A stretch of DNA of 64,000 nt from Bispira polyomma. Taxonomy: Eukaryota. The first letter of the stretch is position 1; each line of letters starts with the position of its first letter. Below are positions 1 to 13,135 of the stretch, in pieces. The notes under the pieces are model-generated. The model did no database searches. It saw nothing but the letters and a program-made list of their open reading frames with translations, and was not told the origin of the DNA. The stretch lies in contig OZ287756.1 in the NCBI GenBank assembly GCA_965649765.1, forward strand, positions 7,564,001 through 7,628,000. Direction: 5' to 3'. The position numbers and the translations under genes are program-made.

Positions 1-104
1 GTGATAGTGACAGCCGTTATCTGAGTAGTCATATACGCAGTTAGGTTTATGGCTGATTGAATAAAAGATGACTCAGTAACTGTTGTTTGATTTGCCATTT
101 TCAT
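1..104 (-). CDS. 5' end of a paralogous class A GPCR (runs off the left edge)
   Basis: Minus-strand translation MKMANQTTVTESSFIQSAINLTAYMTTQITAVTI aligns with MNMANQTAVTESLFYQSPFSQSTYVSSHMMMVTI of the 8068-9126 GPCR. Nucleotide homology continues into the upstream region (1-~480 vs ~9022-9680). Confidence 0.8.
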   Translation of the reverse strand, partial: MKMANQTTVTESSFIQSAINLTAYMTTQITAVTI

Positions 105-185
105 TTGTACTGAGATGAAGCCAATAAAAGTTGCACTCACGACGCAAAAAGGAGCAATGATAACTTTCCATTCTGACGGTTCTGG

Positions 186-193
186 TTTTTATA
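186..193 (-). promoter_or_regulatory. TATA box of the left GPCR paralog
   Basis: GGGTATAAAAACC on the minus strand, ~90 nt upstream of the ATG and identical in the second paralog. An Inr-like TCATT lies ~35 nt downstream. Confidence 0.6.
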
Positions 194-1544
194 CCCTTGG
201 CCGAGACAAAAACAAATAATCTTTGGCAGGATTAATTAAATATATTAAGGGTTGCTAATCCTAGGTCTGTCAATTACCAGTCTTTCAAGTAGAAGTTCAT
301 GTTTCCTACTGGTAATGAAATTGCTTCCAATTATTGTTTTAACTTCATGACTTAAGGTGTAGTTTTTCCAACAAACTTGCATGCAATCACAAAATTATTC
401 ACAATCACAAAATTATCCATATTCTGGAAATTACTTTGCGATTACGTTATTATGCACAGTTTGAAAATTGCTATGCAAGTTTCTCTTACTATACTGTATG
501 CATTAGTAGGGGACAAAAGGCAATTACAAATCGAATATTTATCTTAATTTTGAAAATTGCTGTTTTATTGTTCGCACTACAATTACACATGAGTGTTGCA
601 AATATAAGCAATTCGGTTAATAGGTGTTCACTGTGGTATCACAAATTGTTACCCCAAATCAGTAATGAATTTTGGAATTCTCTCCTAAAAGCTTTGCTCA
701 GTGCACAGCAAAACCGAGATCACAAAGTACTTGTCATCATCTGTTGTCTGGTATTTCTCAGGTATATCAGAATGTAGTCTTTTTTTGCAAAATGGTATCA
801 GACTGGAATACATTTTGTAGCTGATCTAGTAGATGATAAAATATAAATATTGCACGATATTTAAAGAATCTATGGTATATCATTAGCATCTATTTTTATA
901 CTATTACAGAGTACGAGGTTTGGTAGGTAATTTGATCTCAAACAATATTCAAAATGAAATTGTAACTAAATGATAAATATAGACTGTGCAGTATAAAAGA
1001 GGAATCGCTATTACTGTGAACAAACTTCACATTTTTTTTAATTAATAAGCTAATGAACAGAAGGCTATTTTAAGTTTATAATACCAGTATCCGTGTTAAA
1101 TGCTATTATGGGCCATTTGCAATATGACAAAAACTTCATACCCATCAACTTACTTTATATTTTAATGAAGCATTACCTATTCTACTGTGCCTATTCAAAC
1201 CGCCCTAATCTAATGGACTTTAGATTAAGGTTTCTAATGTAGTTAACTGAACGAGAAATTCTATTAAAAATAAACCATAGTAATGAAAAGTTCAACAACC
1301 CCTTTGAAAGATGGCAGCCACTTTATACCAAAAATAAAATAATACTGACATAAAATAAACAGGGGGAACTAATGCTGTTCTTTAGTTTTTCGAAAGTATT
1401 GAAAAATAGTACAAACAATATTTAATCATATGATAGAACTTTTATCATCCACATTTCCAAGACCAGATTGCTTAATATTATGAACTTACTACTACTCTCC
1501 CTAGTTGACTCAATTTTTACTAGTTTTTAGTGATAGACTGATAT

Positions 1545-2020
1545 AAACCTTGCATTGGACACCATCGTCGGAGTGACCCTCATCGTTTTAGATCTCTTAG
1601 CAGCTTCCTACACCATCGACCATGGCCTACTTTGTGACACCCTCAAAAAAATGGTTCGGACTAAATGACATTGTAATTAAATTTCTTTCTCTCAGATAAA
1701 ATAAACTAATAAACTACATGATCACTGATCATGTTTCTTAAGCTTACTATATGAAGCAACCCAAGGGTCTGTCCCTGGGCCTCTACTTTTTTATCCTCTA
1801 TGCACAATAACCTTAATATGAAACACCACATGTATGCAAACAACACCCAAGTCTGTCAATCTCCTAACCCTAAAAATACACATAAAATAGTGATCTACTG
1901 GCTGGACTGTTTGTCCTTCGTGGATGAAATACTTCAAATTGAAATGAAATCCTGACAAAACTGAATTCATTGTCATTTGAGACAAGAAACACAGTGAGCT
2001 ACTAAAATCAATATTCCCCA
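1545..2020 (+). mobile_element. Degenerate L2/CR1-type LINE reverse transcriptase fragment
   Basis: Broken motifs LDLLAASYTIDH (cf. LDLSAAFDTIDH), CCCAAGGGTCTGTCCCTGGGCCT (PQGSVxGP) and NPDKTEFIVI, with stops and frameshifts. Confidence 0.75.
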
Positions 2021-4490
2021 ATTAATATGGTATTAATGTGCTAGCTTACTCCACTTCGCTGTGAGATTTTGATATGACAAATCTTTTATGGTGTCAGAAT
2101 GTTATAACGAATCAAAGTTAGAAATTTTGAAAGTGTTTAACTAAGACTAGTTACCCGTCCCAATATAACCTAAACAGGTACTAGAGTGGACGTTAAATAT
2201 CCAAATTAAAAAAATAATAATAATTCTTGCCTCCCTCTATTTCCCCCTCTACTAACAATGATACAATACTACAATATTGTAGTCTAAGTTACTTTAATTG
2301 ATATTAACTATCAAATTTGCATGAAGTCCTATTTGCTTTGAAGTTGCGTCTGAATAACTTGGGGGGGGGGGGGGGGGGTATCACATATGGAAATAGGATT
2401 CATTCAACTTGGCTATTCTCAGTCATTATAAAATACTGGTATATACAGAAAGTTAATTCAGTATTGACTCTGTTCTCTGATGCTCACTGAAATGTGTGGT
2501 AAGCAATATTGCGCCAGTTTTGCATGGCATTATATGGTTGCCCTCTGTGGAACCTGATTGCTGCAGGTGTGGAAAAGTTTTACAATATGTGGAAAGTAAT
2601 AAGGCAAAATAGAGGTTCTACTGAGTTTGATAAAACTGTATTTAATGTTATCAAAGACTGTATTTTATATCAAGGGGTGAAAGATCAACCAGGTATTCTG
2701 TTCTTGTTCGTAAACATATATGTTAACTTAGTGTGCTGGATGTTCATATACTCAACAAATAATAATAATAATTATGGTGCAAAATAATTCCAGTTAACTG
2801 CTTCTGATACAGAATGTTTATTATTCAGAAATATGTATCAAAATTAGAAAATATGGTTTGTAGCCTAATATAATAAGCAAAAATTATAAAATCTTATTTC
2901 AGTTTCAATAGTTACAATTACAACATTTGAAATGAGTATTAAGAGTATTTAGTAATATGATGGAACCTTTATCATCTTAATTTTTATGATTTTTGCGGGC
3001 AATGTTATAACCTCATTTTCACTCTTTTCGGTTGATTTAAGTATTACTAGGTTTTACTGATACTCTGATATAAAGGAGACATTATTTACGATAAAGCTTT
3101 GATGACAAGTTGTTGTACAAAAGCATATAACAAAGACACTCAGGTCACACATTTTAATTACACCAATAGATTTAACCAAACAATAAGGATGCTACTCTCT
3201 CAGACATTGATATTTTTTTGTACATTTAACAAAACTTATTTTTTGACGAGCTATCGATTATAAAATTTCCTATTTCGATAAATTTGTTAAAAGATAAATA
3301 ATGATAAAAATAATGATAGTAATTCTTGTGGAGAGATTTGGAATTGATGTCACACAAAATAACAAAATGCAGAAGGATTCTAGGGTGACGGAGAGGAAGG
3401 GGTATGTTGCTAAAATTTATTTTAAAGTTTGGCCTTTTGTTAAGAGTATCAAATCAAGATTGTGTGGAAAATTACTATTGATTATAGTTCATCAGAAAAC
3501 AACTAAACATTGTATAGTTATAAAGGAAAAGAAAGGCACATGCTTTATTTAAGTTTGATGGGGCAGCTACAAATTACTTGACATAAAAAACTTTAAATTA
3601 CTTATGAAATAATGTGTATTAAGTGTGGTTGAGAATCTGAAATTGTAAAATATATTAGAAAGTGACCAAGCTTAAGCAGTATTAAATGTGAGAAAATTGG
3701 AAATAGAATAGCTATGCAAAAGACTTATACTTGTTCAACAAAACTTGAGAGGGTACCATATTAACATTAAGGTTTTAACATTGACTGATATGCTATGTTA
3801 AATATATATTTGCTGATGATATGGTATTAATGTGCCATTTGTAGGACAAATAGTTTATTGATATAGACTGCATCAGAAAAATAATACCTAAACCCTTAAT
3901 AGAAGGATTTTTTTGCAAACTATTTTATACATATGACTGCCTGTTTAGTCAATAAAGAAAGGTTTTCTCGTCATATTCTTTCCCTGAACTGTGACTCCAA
4001 CTAAAATATAATGTTTCCCTGTCTCTGGTGAGAAGAGAAAAACATAAAATGTTGCAGCATTTTGGAATGCAGTACTGAATGCTCTATTAACATGTTATAT
4101 TAACATGCCCTGATTTCTATAATTAATAACTAAATGAAATAAACCAATATTATGGCTGAAATAGAATATGCACTGTCACAATAAGTTAAGTTTATCATTC
4201 TTCTTAAAGTAACACGGGATGCTTGATTTAAAGATATTTGATTAACAATCGACTGTAAGAATAATTTTATACTAAGACTTTTGACCTTATATCTACTTGG
4301 AGCTTTGCTTAATATCTGGTTAGAATAATCTGCTGCTCTGCAAATACATATTTCATGGATCTGGTAATCATGAAAATAAGTTAGTTTAAGTCAATAGTTA
4401 GCTCTTACATAAGAAAGCAGTAATTACACCATCATCATTAATATATTATTCATAACTAGTGTAATATAACTGTAGATGATTAACTCAACG

Positions 4491-4555
4491 ATGAAAGCTT
4501 TTGATGGTTGTTGCAGTGTTATCTATTATTGAGATTGTTTCCCAACATATAACAG
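4491..4555 (+). pseudogene. Degenerate copy of the signal-peptide exon at 12260
   Basis: Clear nucleotide homology to 12260-12333, including the donor (AG|GTAAAT). The frame from ATG 4491 hits TGA. From ATG 4504 it reads MVVAVLSIIEIVSQHIT and ends in phase 1. Confidence 0.45.
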
Positions 4556-5351
4556 GTAAATCATATTATGGTATTCGATGAAGTAGTAAAATGATGTAGG
4601 TATTTATTTATATATTATTAATTACATAAGATTAGTGTCACTTTCATCATCACTAGTCATATTTTGGACGGCCAGATTCATAAGTGGAGGAAACTGGTAC
4701 TAGAAATCATCGACTTCTGGAAAGTATCTGGCAAACCTTCCAACATAAAATAGTGGCCACTCCATTATACTCTTTTAGTAAAAGGGGATAAAGGTGGTTA
4801 AAAAATTTAAATAAATATTTTTTTGTTGATCACGCATAATGCTATAAACATACATGTGCACAATTATAAATATTTGGAGAGAACAATTATATGAATAAGA
4901 TACAGATTTTGATCCAGTTCAACATAATGTAAGTAGGATTACTTGTTCAGACATCAATAAATTAGAAGAGACCAAAATATTGTACAAGGTATCACAGTGT
5001 CAATAAAATCCCAGAATCCACCCTTCTTCTTAAATATGCTCAGGATTTGATTCTCCATTGGCACATGCCTGCAAGTACTCCCTACTTTACTAGAATCATT
5101 AGTCTTGTTCAATGCCTCATTTAAATTTCATGTGAATCAGTTTAGTAGTTCCAATTTGAAATTCTCTAGATCACTACGCCCCTGAGAAATACATAGTATA
5201 TGTATTAAATACCTCTCATTTAAATTAACTGTTAGATGAACCAATGTACTGAATGAACAATGACGGACAAAATTTTCACAATAGCCTCATATAAAAGGAT
5301 GATCTACAAATGAGTACATTAAGCTATGGTTTGGAGATTGAATAAACGGTT

Positions 5352-5692
5352 ACCTAATGCCCAATAAAACCTCATTCCAATAAGAACTTTGAAGGTAACT
5401 GAGGCAAAGTACAACTGTGTATAATGGTTCAGCTTTCCACTTCAATATACGTTTGATTATAGTATTCATACCTTCAGAAGCACTGATGACAGGATATGTG
5501 TTAAATAAGTGGTGCTTCTTTTATTATCCATTTTGTAGAATATTTGAGAAAGTCATGCTTTGAATTTTTATCGAAGTGATTTACGACTAGCTTACTCCAC
5601 TTTGCTGTGAGATTCTGATAATTTTGCTCAAAATCTTCTATAGTGTGTGAGAGTAATAATGAATCTAAGTCAGAAACTATAAAAGTGGCCAA
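5352..5692 (-). mobile_element. MULE/Mutator-like DNA transposase relic
   Basis: ORF 5501-5692 continues after a frameshift as TYPVISASEGMNTIIKRILKWKAEPLYTVVLCLSYLQSSYWNEVLLG, resembling the catalytic-Glu region (xNxxSEGxNxxIK) of MULE-type transposases. Confidence 0.6.
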
Positions 5693-6179
5693 CCAAGATT
5701 AAAGAGGACAACAGTGTGAAACGTGTGAATTAGTATTGTAGTCATCATCCAACTCATGTCACTTCTCTTGCCTCCTTTCATTTCCCCATCTACTAACAAT
5801 GATACAATACTACAATATTGTGGTCTAAGTTAATATTAAATATTATATTTGGATGAAGCCGAATTCCTTCAAGTAATTTGCTTTGACTTTGTTTCTAAAT
5901 AACTTTGTGGGTATCACATATGAAAATAGGATTCATTCAACTTGACTTGTGACAGTCATTATAAAACGGTGGTATATAACAGTAAGTTGGTATGCACTCC
6001 CCCACATTCCGAATATGAAATTTACCCCACTTAATCAATACAACCCAACCTCCCCATCCCCTCAATGTTAAATTTAAGAAAAATTACGCCACATTAGTCC
6101 AAGGAAGTCCAAGTTAGACAATGCAATCTAAGTTTTAGTAGTAACCTACGAGCAGGCCACACAGGATCAAACATAGACT

Positions 6180-6560
6180 GGCTTTTGGTAAACTTGTTTT
6201 TTAAAGTTGTTTTATGTCAGCCCTACTACTTGTATTTATAGATTCCTCATACCGACTCTCTATGCAGTAACAAAAAAATATTTGAAAAGTCCCAAAATAC
6301 ACATGGATACAACGACAAACAGTATTTTTCCACCAGACTTTACTTAATTTCCAGGGAGAAAGTACTAACAGTTAAATAATTTAACTTACTGACAAACTCG
6401 TTTTTATATTGTACACAATTACTGATATCGTTCCTCGTTCGAATAGGATGCCCCAAATGAGTCACAGAATCAATGGAGTACAATAACAATTGACTTCTAC
6501 AAGGATTAAACCTCACATTATAATCTTCACCAAATTTCAATTTAGTTCAAATCTAAGAGT
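6180..6560 (-). mobile_element. Degenerate non-LTR retrotransposon RT C-terminal fragment
   Basis: FGEDYNVRFNPCRSQLLLY...VTHLGH resembles the post-YADD thumb region of LINE RTs. Related remnants occur at ~2510 (FCMALYGCPLWNL), ~3810 (FADDMVLM) and ~11476 (LADDVALM). Confidence 0.5.
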
Positions 6561-8067
6561 TCAGTATGTATCATAATCAATTGGCCGTAGAATAAGAAAT
6601 ATTTAGTGCCATTGTGTCAAGTGAATTTGAAAATTTAAAATAATGTAAGTAGCAATACTTGTAAAGACTCCAATAAACTAGAAGGACCCAGAATCCACCC
6701 TTCTCCCTAGATATACTCAGAATTTGGTTCTTTATTTTCACATGCCCTATCTCTCCACCCAATTTCATGTAAATTGGTAAATTAGATATACACAAACAAG
6801 CAAACAAGGTGCCACGGTCTCTGGAAAGTAAAGTAAACAGCCCCTAAGCCTGCAATTACTCCCTACTTTACTGGATTCTTGGCCTGTCCTTGTTCAATGC
6901 CTCATTTAAATTTCATTTAATCATGCCAATTTGAAATTTGCTCAATGTAAATCCCCCTAAGACATAAATGTTATAATACACCTCTCATTTGATGTTATTG
7001 TGAGATAAACCAATGTACTGAATGGAAAATGAAAGACAGAATTTTAACAATAGCCTCATATAAAAGGATATAATCTAATCTACAAATGAGTACATTATGT
7101 TATGGTTTGGCGGTGATATACAAGGTAGCCCAATGCAGCTGTGCATGCTTGTTGTGTTTAGGATATACTTTGTGTATAGGTCAATTATCTAGTACGTCAA
7201 TCTAAAGTAAAGTTACAATATTATTAAACACATAAAACTTACACATATTAAACTACAAAGGCTAAAGAAAATTTGTATGTTTTTAAAGTTGTGAATGTTT
7301 AAAAACCACTAGTTGTAATATGTATTGTGGCAAACACATTCTAAAGCCCTGAAAGTTACTATCATGCCATACTCTCTAATCCATTGTAAAGCAATTCTAA
7401 AAGTTAATGTAACAGAAATAAAATATCTATATTTGACTTTAACACATGCAGGTTGATACTGACTAAAAATAATCCATACATCTATTTGTTCATTTTGGTA
7501 TATACATTTTTTCAAGACACACCCACATAGAATAAGAAGAGTCATGGAAAATTACATAAATAAAGTAACAATATGTATGTATATTGACATTATCAGAGCA
7601 TTACTTTGGCAATATTATAATCTGTGTTGCTACATATTGCTCCTACATTGCTCATTCCTACCACTTCAAATATATTTACATTTGATTTGCTGAACAGAAG
7701 TGACATATCGGTACGTATTTCATACCAGAGAAAATTAGAACTTACATAAACAAAGTTTGTTCATACTCACAAATATGGAAATTAGAAACACAATAATGTT
7801 ACCACATATATACATATGGAGTCTAACATTTATTGATCATGTGTGAAAGTGTTTGTTTTAAGGTTGATTTTTTAAACAACAGGCAAAACACCAAACACTA
7901 ATTCTACAAAACACTTGTTTTCCTGTTACTTACAGCTAAAATTTTTATTAACTATTTTTAATGACTAGTCTTACCTTGTACAAATACAGTAACCATATAG
8001 TCCAGTATTGTCATGTCAATTAATAAGCACAGTTCCTTTAACTGATGACTTCACTAAAAGTTTTACT

Positions 8068-9126
8068 TTATCGGCATAATCGTGAAATACAGTTTTTGAG
8101 TTCTTTCTTGAAGCTCTCATATTTCAGCGTGTATATGACTGGATTTAATCCACAGTTGACAAATATGAGTATATTTGCCAGTTTCTGTGCGAATTCCCTT
8201 TGATCAGACAGAAAGCCCAACAAACCAATCACTATCAGCAATGTTGCTGGTAAATAGCACAATACAAAACAGACACATACAATGAACATGGTAACTAAAA
8301 TATTATTCTGCATTTTTGAAAGCCCTCCATTGGATGAGTTAGCTGAAATTGGGGCTACTTTATGTTTATTTCTCAGTGTCAAAAAGATCTTGGTGTAGAC
8401 AAATATCATGAAACAAGTAGGAAATACCTGCACAGTCATAAACAAACTGAAGCCAAAGATAGCCTTGTGTAGGCCACTCTTCCAAAAGTACATGACTTCG
8501 CAATTGCCCTCTTGAATTCCGGACGTAATGATCAGAAATATGCCAAAGACATGTGCAAACACAAAGATGGCTAGTATCCCAACGAAGGCCAATTTCTTAC
8601 TTAAGTAGTTCTTATGCAGCACTGGCTTAGCAACCATGAAGTATCTCTCTAAGGTAATCAGCACAATGTTGTAGGTGGAGGCAATCAAGAATGTCCATTG
8701 CGGAAACTGTGACACCAAGATTCTGCAAATGATCTCGCTGTTGACGGCTAGGCCATGTGGCAAGGTGCAAATAATGAGAAACAGCCCGCACAGACAATCA
8801 AACATAGACTGACTTTTGATGAAGATGTTGGTCAACTCTTGGTTCATGGTTTTGTTCCTTGACAGGACAATCAAGACAAATAGGTTGCCGAAGAAAATGA
8901 AGAGACCAGTTGGATAATTGAGGATAGCAATATGAGTTTCCCATTTTGTTCCACTCGGTAAAGGATCATTCATTGCAGTTGTATTGCTGTTGGCAGATTT
9001 TGCGATGTTGGTGGCATCATCTGTGATAGTGACCATCATCATATGAGAACTCACGTATGTAGATTGGCTAAAAGGGGACTGATAAAATAATGACTCAGTA
9101 ACTGCTGTTTGATTTGCCATGTTCAT
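8068..9126 (-). CDS. Intronless rhodopsin-family (class A) GPCR, orphan peptide-receptor-like
   Basis: Seven hydrophobic segments with TM1 GN, TM2 QSxxD, TM3 C...ERY, TM5 P, TM6 CFxxCYLP and TM7 NPVIY, plus N-glycosylation sites in a Ser/Thr-rich N-terminus. The start is placed at MNM (9126) rather than the ORF-track start 9228 because of the paralog alignment and the TATA box. Confidence 0.93.
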   Translation of the reverse strand: MNMANQTAVTESLFYQSPFSQSTYVSSHMMMVTITDDATNIAKSANSNTTAMNDPLPSGTKWETHIAILNYPTGLFIFFGNLFVLIVLSRNKTMNQELTNIFIKSQSMFDCLCGLFLIICTLPHGLAVNSEIICRILVSQFPQWTFLIASTYNIVLITLERYFMVAKPVLHKNYLSKKLAFVGILAIFVFAHVFGIFLIITSGIQEGNCEVMYFWKSGLHKAIFGFSLFMTVQVFPTCFMIFVYTKIFLTLRNKHKVAPISANSSNGGLSKMQNNILVTMFIVCVCFVLCYLPATLLIVIGLLGFLSDQREFAQKLANILIFVNCGLNPVIYTLKYESFKKELKNCISRLCR

Positions 9127-9206
9127 TTCTAACAAGCTGACCTGATACATGTAGTCTGTAGGATGCAAAAGGGAGAACTGATGATTTCCCACCTTGACGG
9201 TCCTGG

Positions 9207-9214
9207 TTTTTATA
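9207..9214 (-). promoter_or_regulatory. TATA box of the GPCR
   Basis: GGGTATAAAAACC on the minus strand, conserved with 186-193. An Inr-like TCAGTT lies at 9176-9181. Confidence 0.6.
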
Positions 9215-12200
9215 CCCATGGCAGACACAAAAACAAATGACCATTGTCAGTATGGATTAAAGATACTGTGTGTTACTCACTCTAAGTTCACCAATTATCA
9301 GTCTGTTAATTAACAGTTATTCTTTCTCATTGGTATAGAACTGGACAATAATAACACATCCTTTTATTTTGAGTCTAATTTTCAATTAGCCTTTGTTAAT
9401 TATAGGGAGGCCCGTGCGATGGTCTTTGTCAACCAAGGTTATAATGCTTTTTGACTGGCCTCAGCGAAAAAGGAAACAATATACATGAAGCTGTTTTAAA
9501 AGAATGAATTATTCACAATCTAGTAATTCCTCTGCAATTAGTCATCACTACAATGGATGCATTAGCTCATAACACAAGGATTTCTCTTGGTGAAGAACTT
9601 TACATGCAGGCAATCACAAATCTGACAATTATCTGCATTCCGAAAATTGTAGCGCAATTGTTTCATACTACAACCTATGTAATCTATCCAATATCTGGTT
9701 AAAAATGGAAATTTGTGCTAAGATGATTTTGTGATAAAATGATTACTTTCTAAGGGGCCTTGGATAGTGTATTTTATTTGCCAGTGAAAGTTTTAAAATG
9801 TTGTCAGTGCAAATTTATTCCTAAAAATTGTAAAGTAGTAAACTTTTGATTCTACCTAAAATTCTTCTATTTTATGATTACTGAAATGGATGTGGTAAAT
9901 GACTCTGGCAATATTTAGAAAGCTATTTCCAATATCACACTAATATAAAGATACGTCTATCACCCTGAGACATGACTGAATGGTAGCATCTACAATATAT
10001 TTATAGAATCTCTATAAATGCTGTTATTAGAGAGGTTTCGTGCTATGTTTCCAACTCTTTATACTTAAACTGGAATAGGTATGTTGGAGAGATAAGCCAT
10101 CCATAAAAGAAGTAGAGGTTTCATGGGACGTTAGTAAACCCAGCTAAAACTGTACCCTACAAATGCACATATTATTGGCCTTGCCTTGTGTCTTAAACGG
10201 GCCTGTTGTAACTATTACACAGAATTTTAAACTAAAAGTCAGAACGAGCATCCTTACACAATCTTTGTTAGAATTATATGACTTCAACATTTTTATAAAA
10301 GATAAGTGTGACCACTTTCGTACTGACACCATGTAATACGTAAATTAGCATAAGTATTGGACTTATGACGTAGAAAAAAGCATGTAATGCCCTAATATTT
10401 TTATTTAAATATGTCACAAAACTTTTGTGATATCTAAATCTAACATTGTACCAAATTTATTTGCAATAAAAGTTATGTTAAATCATAAATATATTGAATA
10501 AATTTATTTGATAAAAAATTAACAACTTGGAATAGAAGTTTTTAATCATGTAAAAAAACTTGGAAACTGTTCTTAAATTTTAAAAAATAAAATAAAACTT
10601 TTAAAACAGGACAAATGACAGTCATCAAAATATTACCATCTTTATTTTAAAACCCTGAGCATTACAATTCTAATAACACAAAACTAGAAAACAATCAATA
10701 CTCACACTACATGCTTTACAACATACAGTGTTGAGGGTGGTTATTGTAGGTGACATAACAAGGCCAACCCAGAGCAACGATTGGGCAGAAATACAGAGAG
10801 AATTGAAATTTATGTCACACACAATAGCAAGATGCGGCGAGAATTTAGGGTGACGTGGAGGTTGGGGTTTGTTGCAGAAATAAAATTGGCTTTTTGTTAA
10901 AGTCTAAGATTGGGGTAGAAAACTACTATTGATTGTGTGTGATAACAAATATTTTTCCAACAAAATTTCCCAGTGATGAAGGCAAAAGGAATTAAATTAT
11001 TCAATAAAAATTGCTGTGACAGTGACCAAGTACTGAAACATAAAAACCGAATTTGTGTGATGCATGAATGATGCAAATAATATGAAATATATCAAATGAC
11101 AAGATATGAAACAAACGTTGGTTCCAATCCTGAATATATATTAGAAAGTGGTAAAGCATAAACAGTGTTAAATGTGGAAAGTGAAAAAATGTGATCGTTT
11201 GCCACAACGTGAATGGAGTAGCTGTACAGTAAAATATTACATAAAAATATTAGGAAACTATGGAAGTACAAACATAGGGGTTTTCACAGAAGACGATATG
11301 CTGTAATATATGTATTGATTTCAAATTAAAATTGACATCAAAAAGCTTAATCAAATAGAAATGTTATCATATTTGGAATTTATAGTATGAATATTTGCTC
11401 AGCGTTTGATTTTATCATACATATAAGACATGTATATCATTGTAAACATTAAATGGATCCATGTTGTAATAATACTTGCAGATGATGTGGCTTTGATGTG
11501 CCATTCGTAGGACAGATAAATGGTTTATTGATACAGATTATATCATAAAAGTAAGATTGGTACCATTGACTGAATGGTTTATTGTAAACTATTTCATGCC
11601 TCTGATCAAATGAAAAACAAGCAATAAACCATAGATAAAGTTTGCTGTTACTTTTGAAATTTTACATATAGGAAGTTGTTGTTTTAGGTAAGTATAATAA
11701 ACTAAAACTCAACTTTGCTAAAACAAGTGAACACTTAGGGCCGTATTCTCATACCAAGATCAATTCTGACTCAAGCTCTTTGCCAACGTCTCCCTATTGC
11801 TGGTGAGAGGAGAGATGTGACTGCATATTTGAATTCAGCACTAACTGCTCCATTAAAATAAATAGTCACAAGTATAGGATATATATATATATATGCACCG
11901 GAGTAATAAATAGGCTTCACTTATCTTGAGTTGGAGCTTGAGTTTAGTAAGATGAAACAGTCCCTGGGATATATTTGTGTAAGTGTATAGGAAATATATA
12001 TTAAATAAAATATTATATTAAATATATATATCAGCAGGCATAAGATACACATAATGCATCAGATGCAGTGTATTTATACAGGATATATTACTGCTTCAAG
12101 CTTTGCTTAATATATGGATACACAACGATCTACAACTACTTACATACAAAGTTCTTGGATCGGATAATTACAGAAATAAGTTAATATATGATATCTTAAA

Positions 12201-12259
12201 TCATCGTCATCTATATCATATCACTAACCAGTTTAACATACCTGTGAAGGATTAACTCA

Positions 12260-12327
12260 ATGATGATAGCTTTAATGGTTCTTGCAGTGCTATTCCTCAA
12301 TGGGATTGATGCCCGGCAAAAAAATAG
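12260..12327 (+). CDS. Putative exon 1 (signal peptide) of the Cys-loop channel
   Basis: MMIALMVLAVLFLNGIDARQKN followed by a consensus donor AG|GTAAGT. It ends in phase 2, which matches the phase-2 acceptor at 28640 and gives ...QKNSVLSDEKRLL. The link to the channel is inferred. Confidence 0.55.
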
Positions 12328-12659
12328 GTAAGTCATAATATAATTTATCAATGAACAAGTACAACTGTGCAGGCATTTTGAATTTTTTTTTTCAAAATTT
12401 TATATATTTCCGGGGTAACATGGTTATAGTTTATCGTGTATTGTTATTGAGGAAAACAATTTACGACCAATTACGTCATAATTTATCACCCTTGCTAAAA
12501 GCATGTGTAATGTTGTTATTTTAAAATAGTTTAAATTATGCTTGTATAGACTGTAATGCCTCTGTTACATCATCTAAAAGTGAAAGTATGTTTTGCGAGA
12601 GTATTGGAATATTACTAATAAAATACAATACTAAGTAACATAGATTAATCTGAAATCAC

Positions 12660-13135
12660 CTGTCAATAGACAGTGCGATAACTGTGGCTAACGCCTTTGT
12701 GAGCAGCTGCCTCGACTACTGTATCTCTATTTTGTTCGGAATAAACAAGTCATCGATTAAAAAGCTCCAGTCCATTCAAAACTACCTAAGCAGGGTGATT
12801 TTTTGCCTGGGTGGTCGCACAGATGTCACTCCATACCTCAAAAAATTACACTGGCTGCCCATTCACTGTTGAAGTTTGTTCAAAATTCAAGTTACCACTT
12901 TTAAGGCTGTAGTCACTCAACAGCCCTCCTACTTTGCTTCCTTCTCTCTTTCAGTAACCTTAAGAGATGAAACAGACTCTCTAGTTCTTTGATCAGACCC
13001 ATCAGGAAGGCTTTCTCCATTGCAGCTCCCTTGTCATGGAACAGTCTCCCAGTTGACCTCAGATCAGTTAATACACTCATCGGTTTGAGGACAAACCTTA
13101 AAACCTATGTTTTAAACCTTGCCTACCCACCTTAG
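12660..13135 (+). mobile_element. L2/CR1-type LINE 3' fragment
   Basis: ANAFVSSCLDYC...LQSIQN...LKKLHWLP, continuing with stops to ...LAYPP*. Same family as 29006-29610. Confidence 0.85.

Noticed and set aside
9127-9228. N-terminal 34-aa extension of the GPCR in the ORF track
   Set aside because: It overlaps the conserved TATA/Inr, and its ATGs are absent in the paralog.
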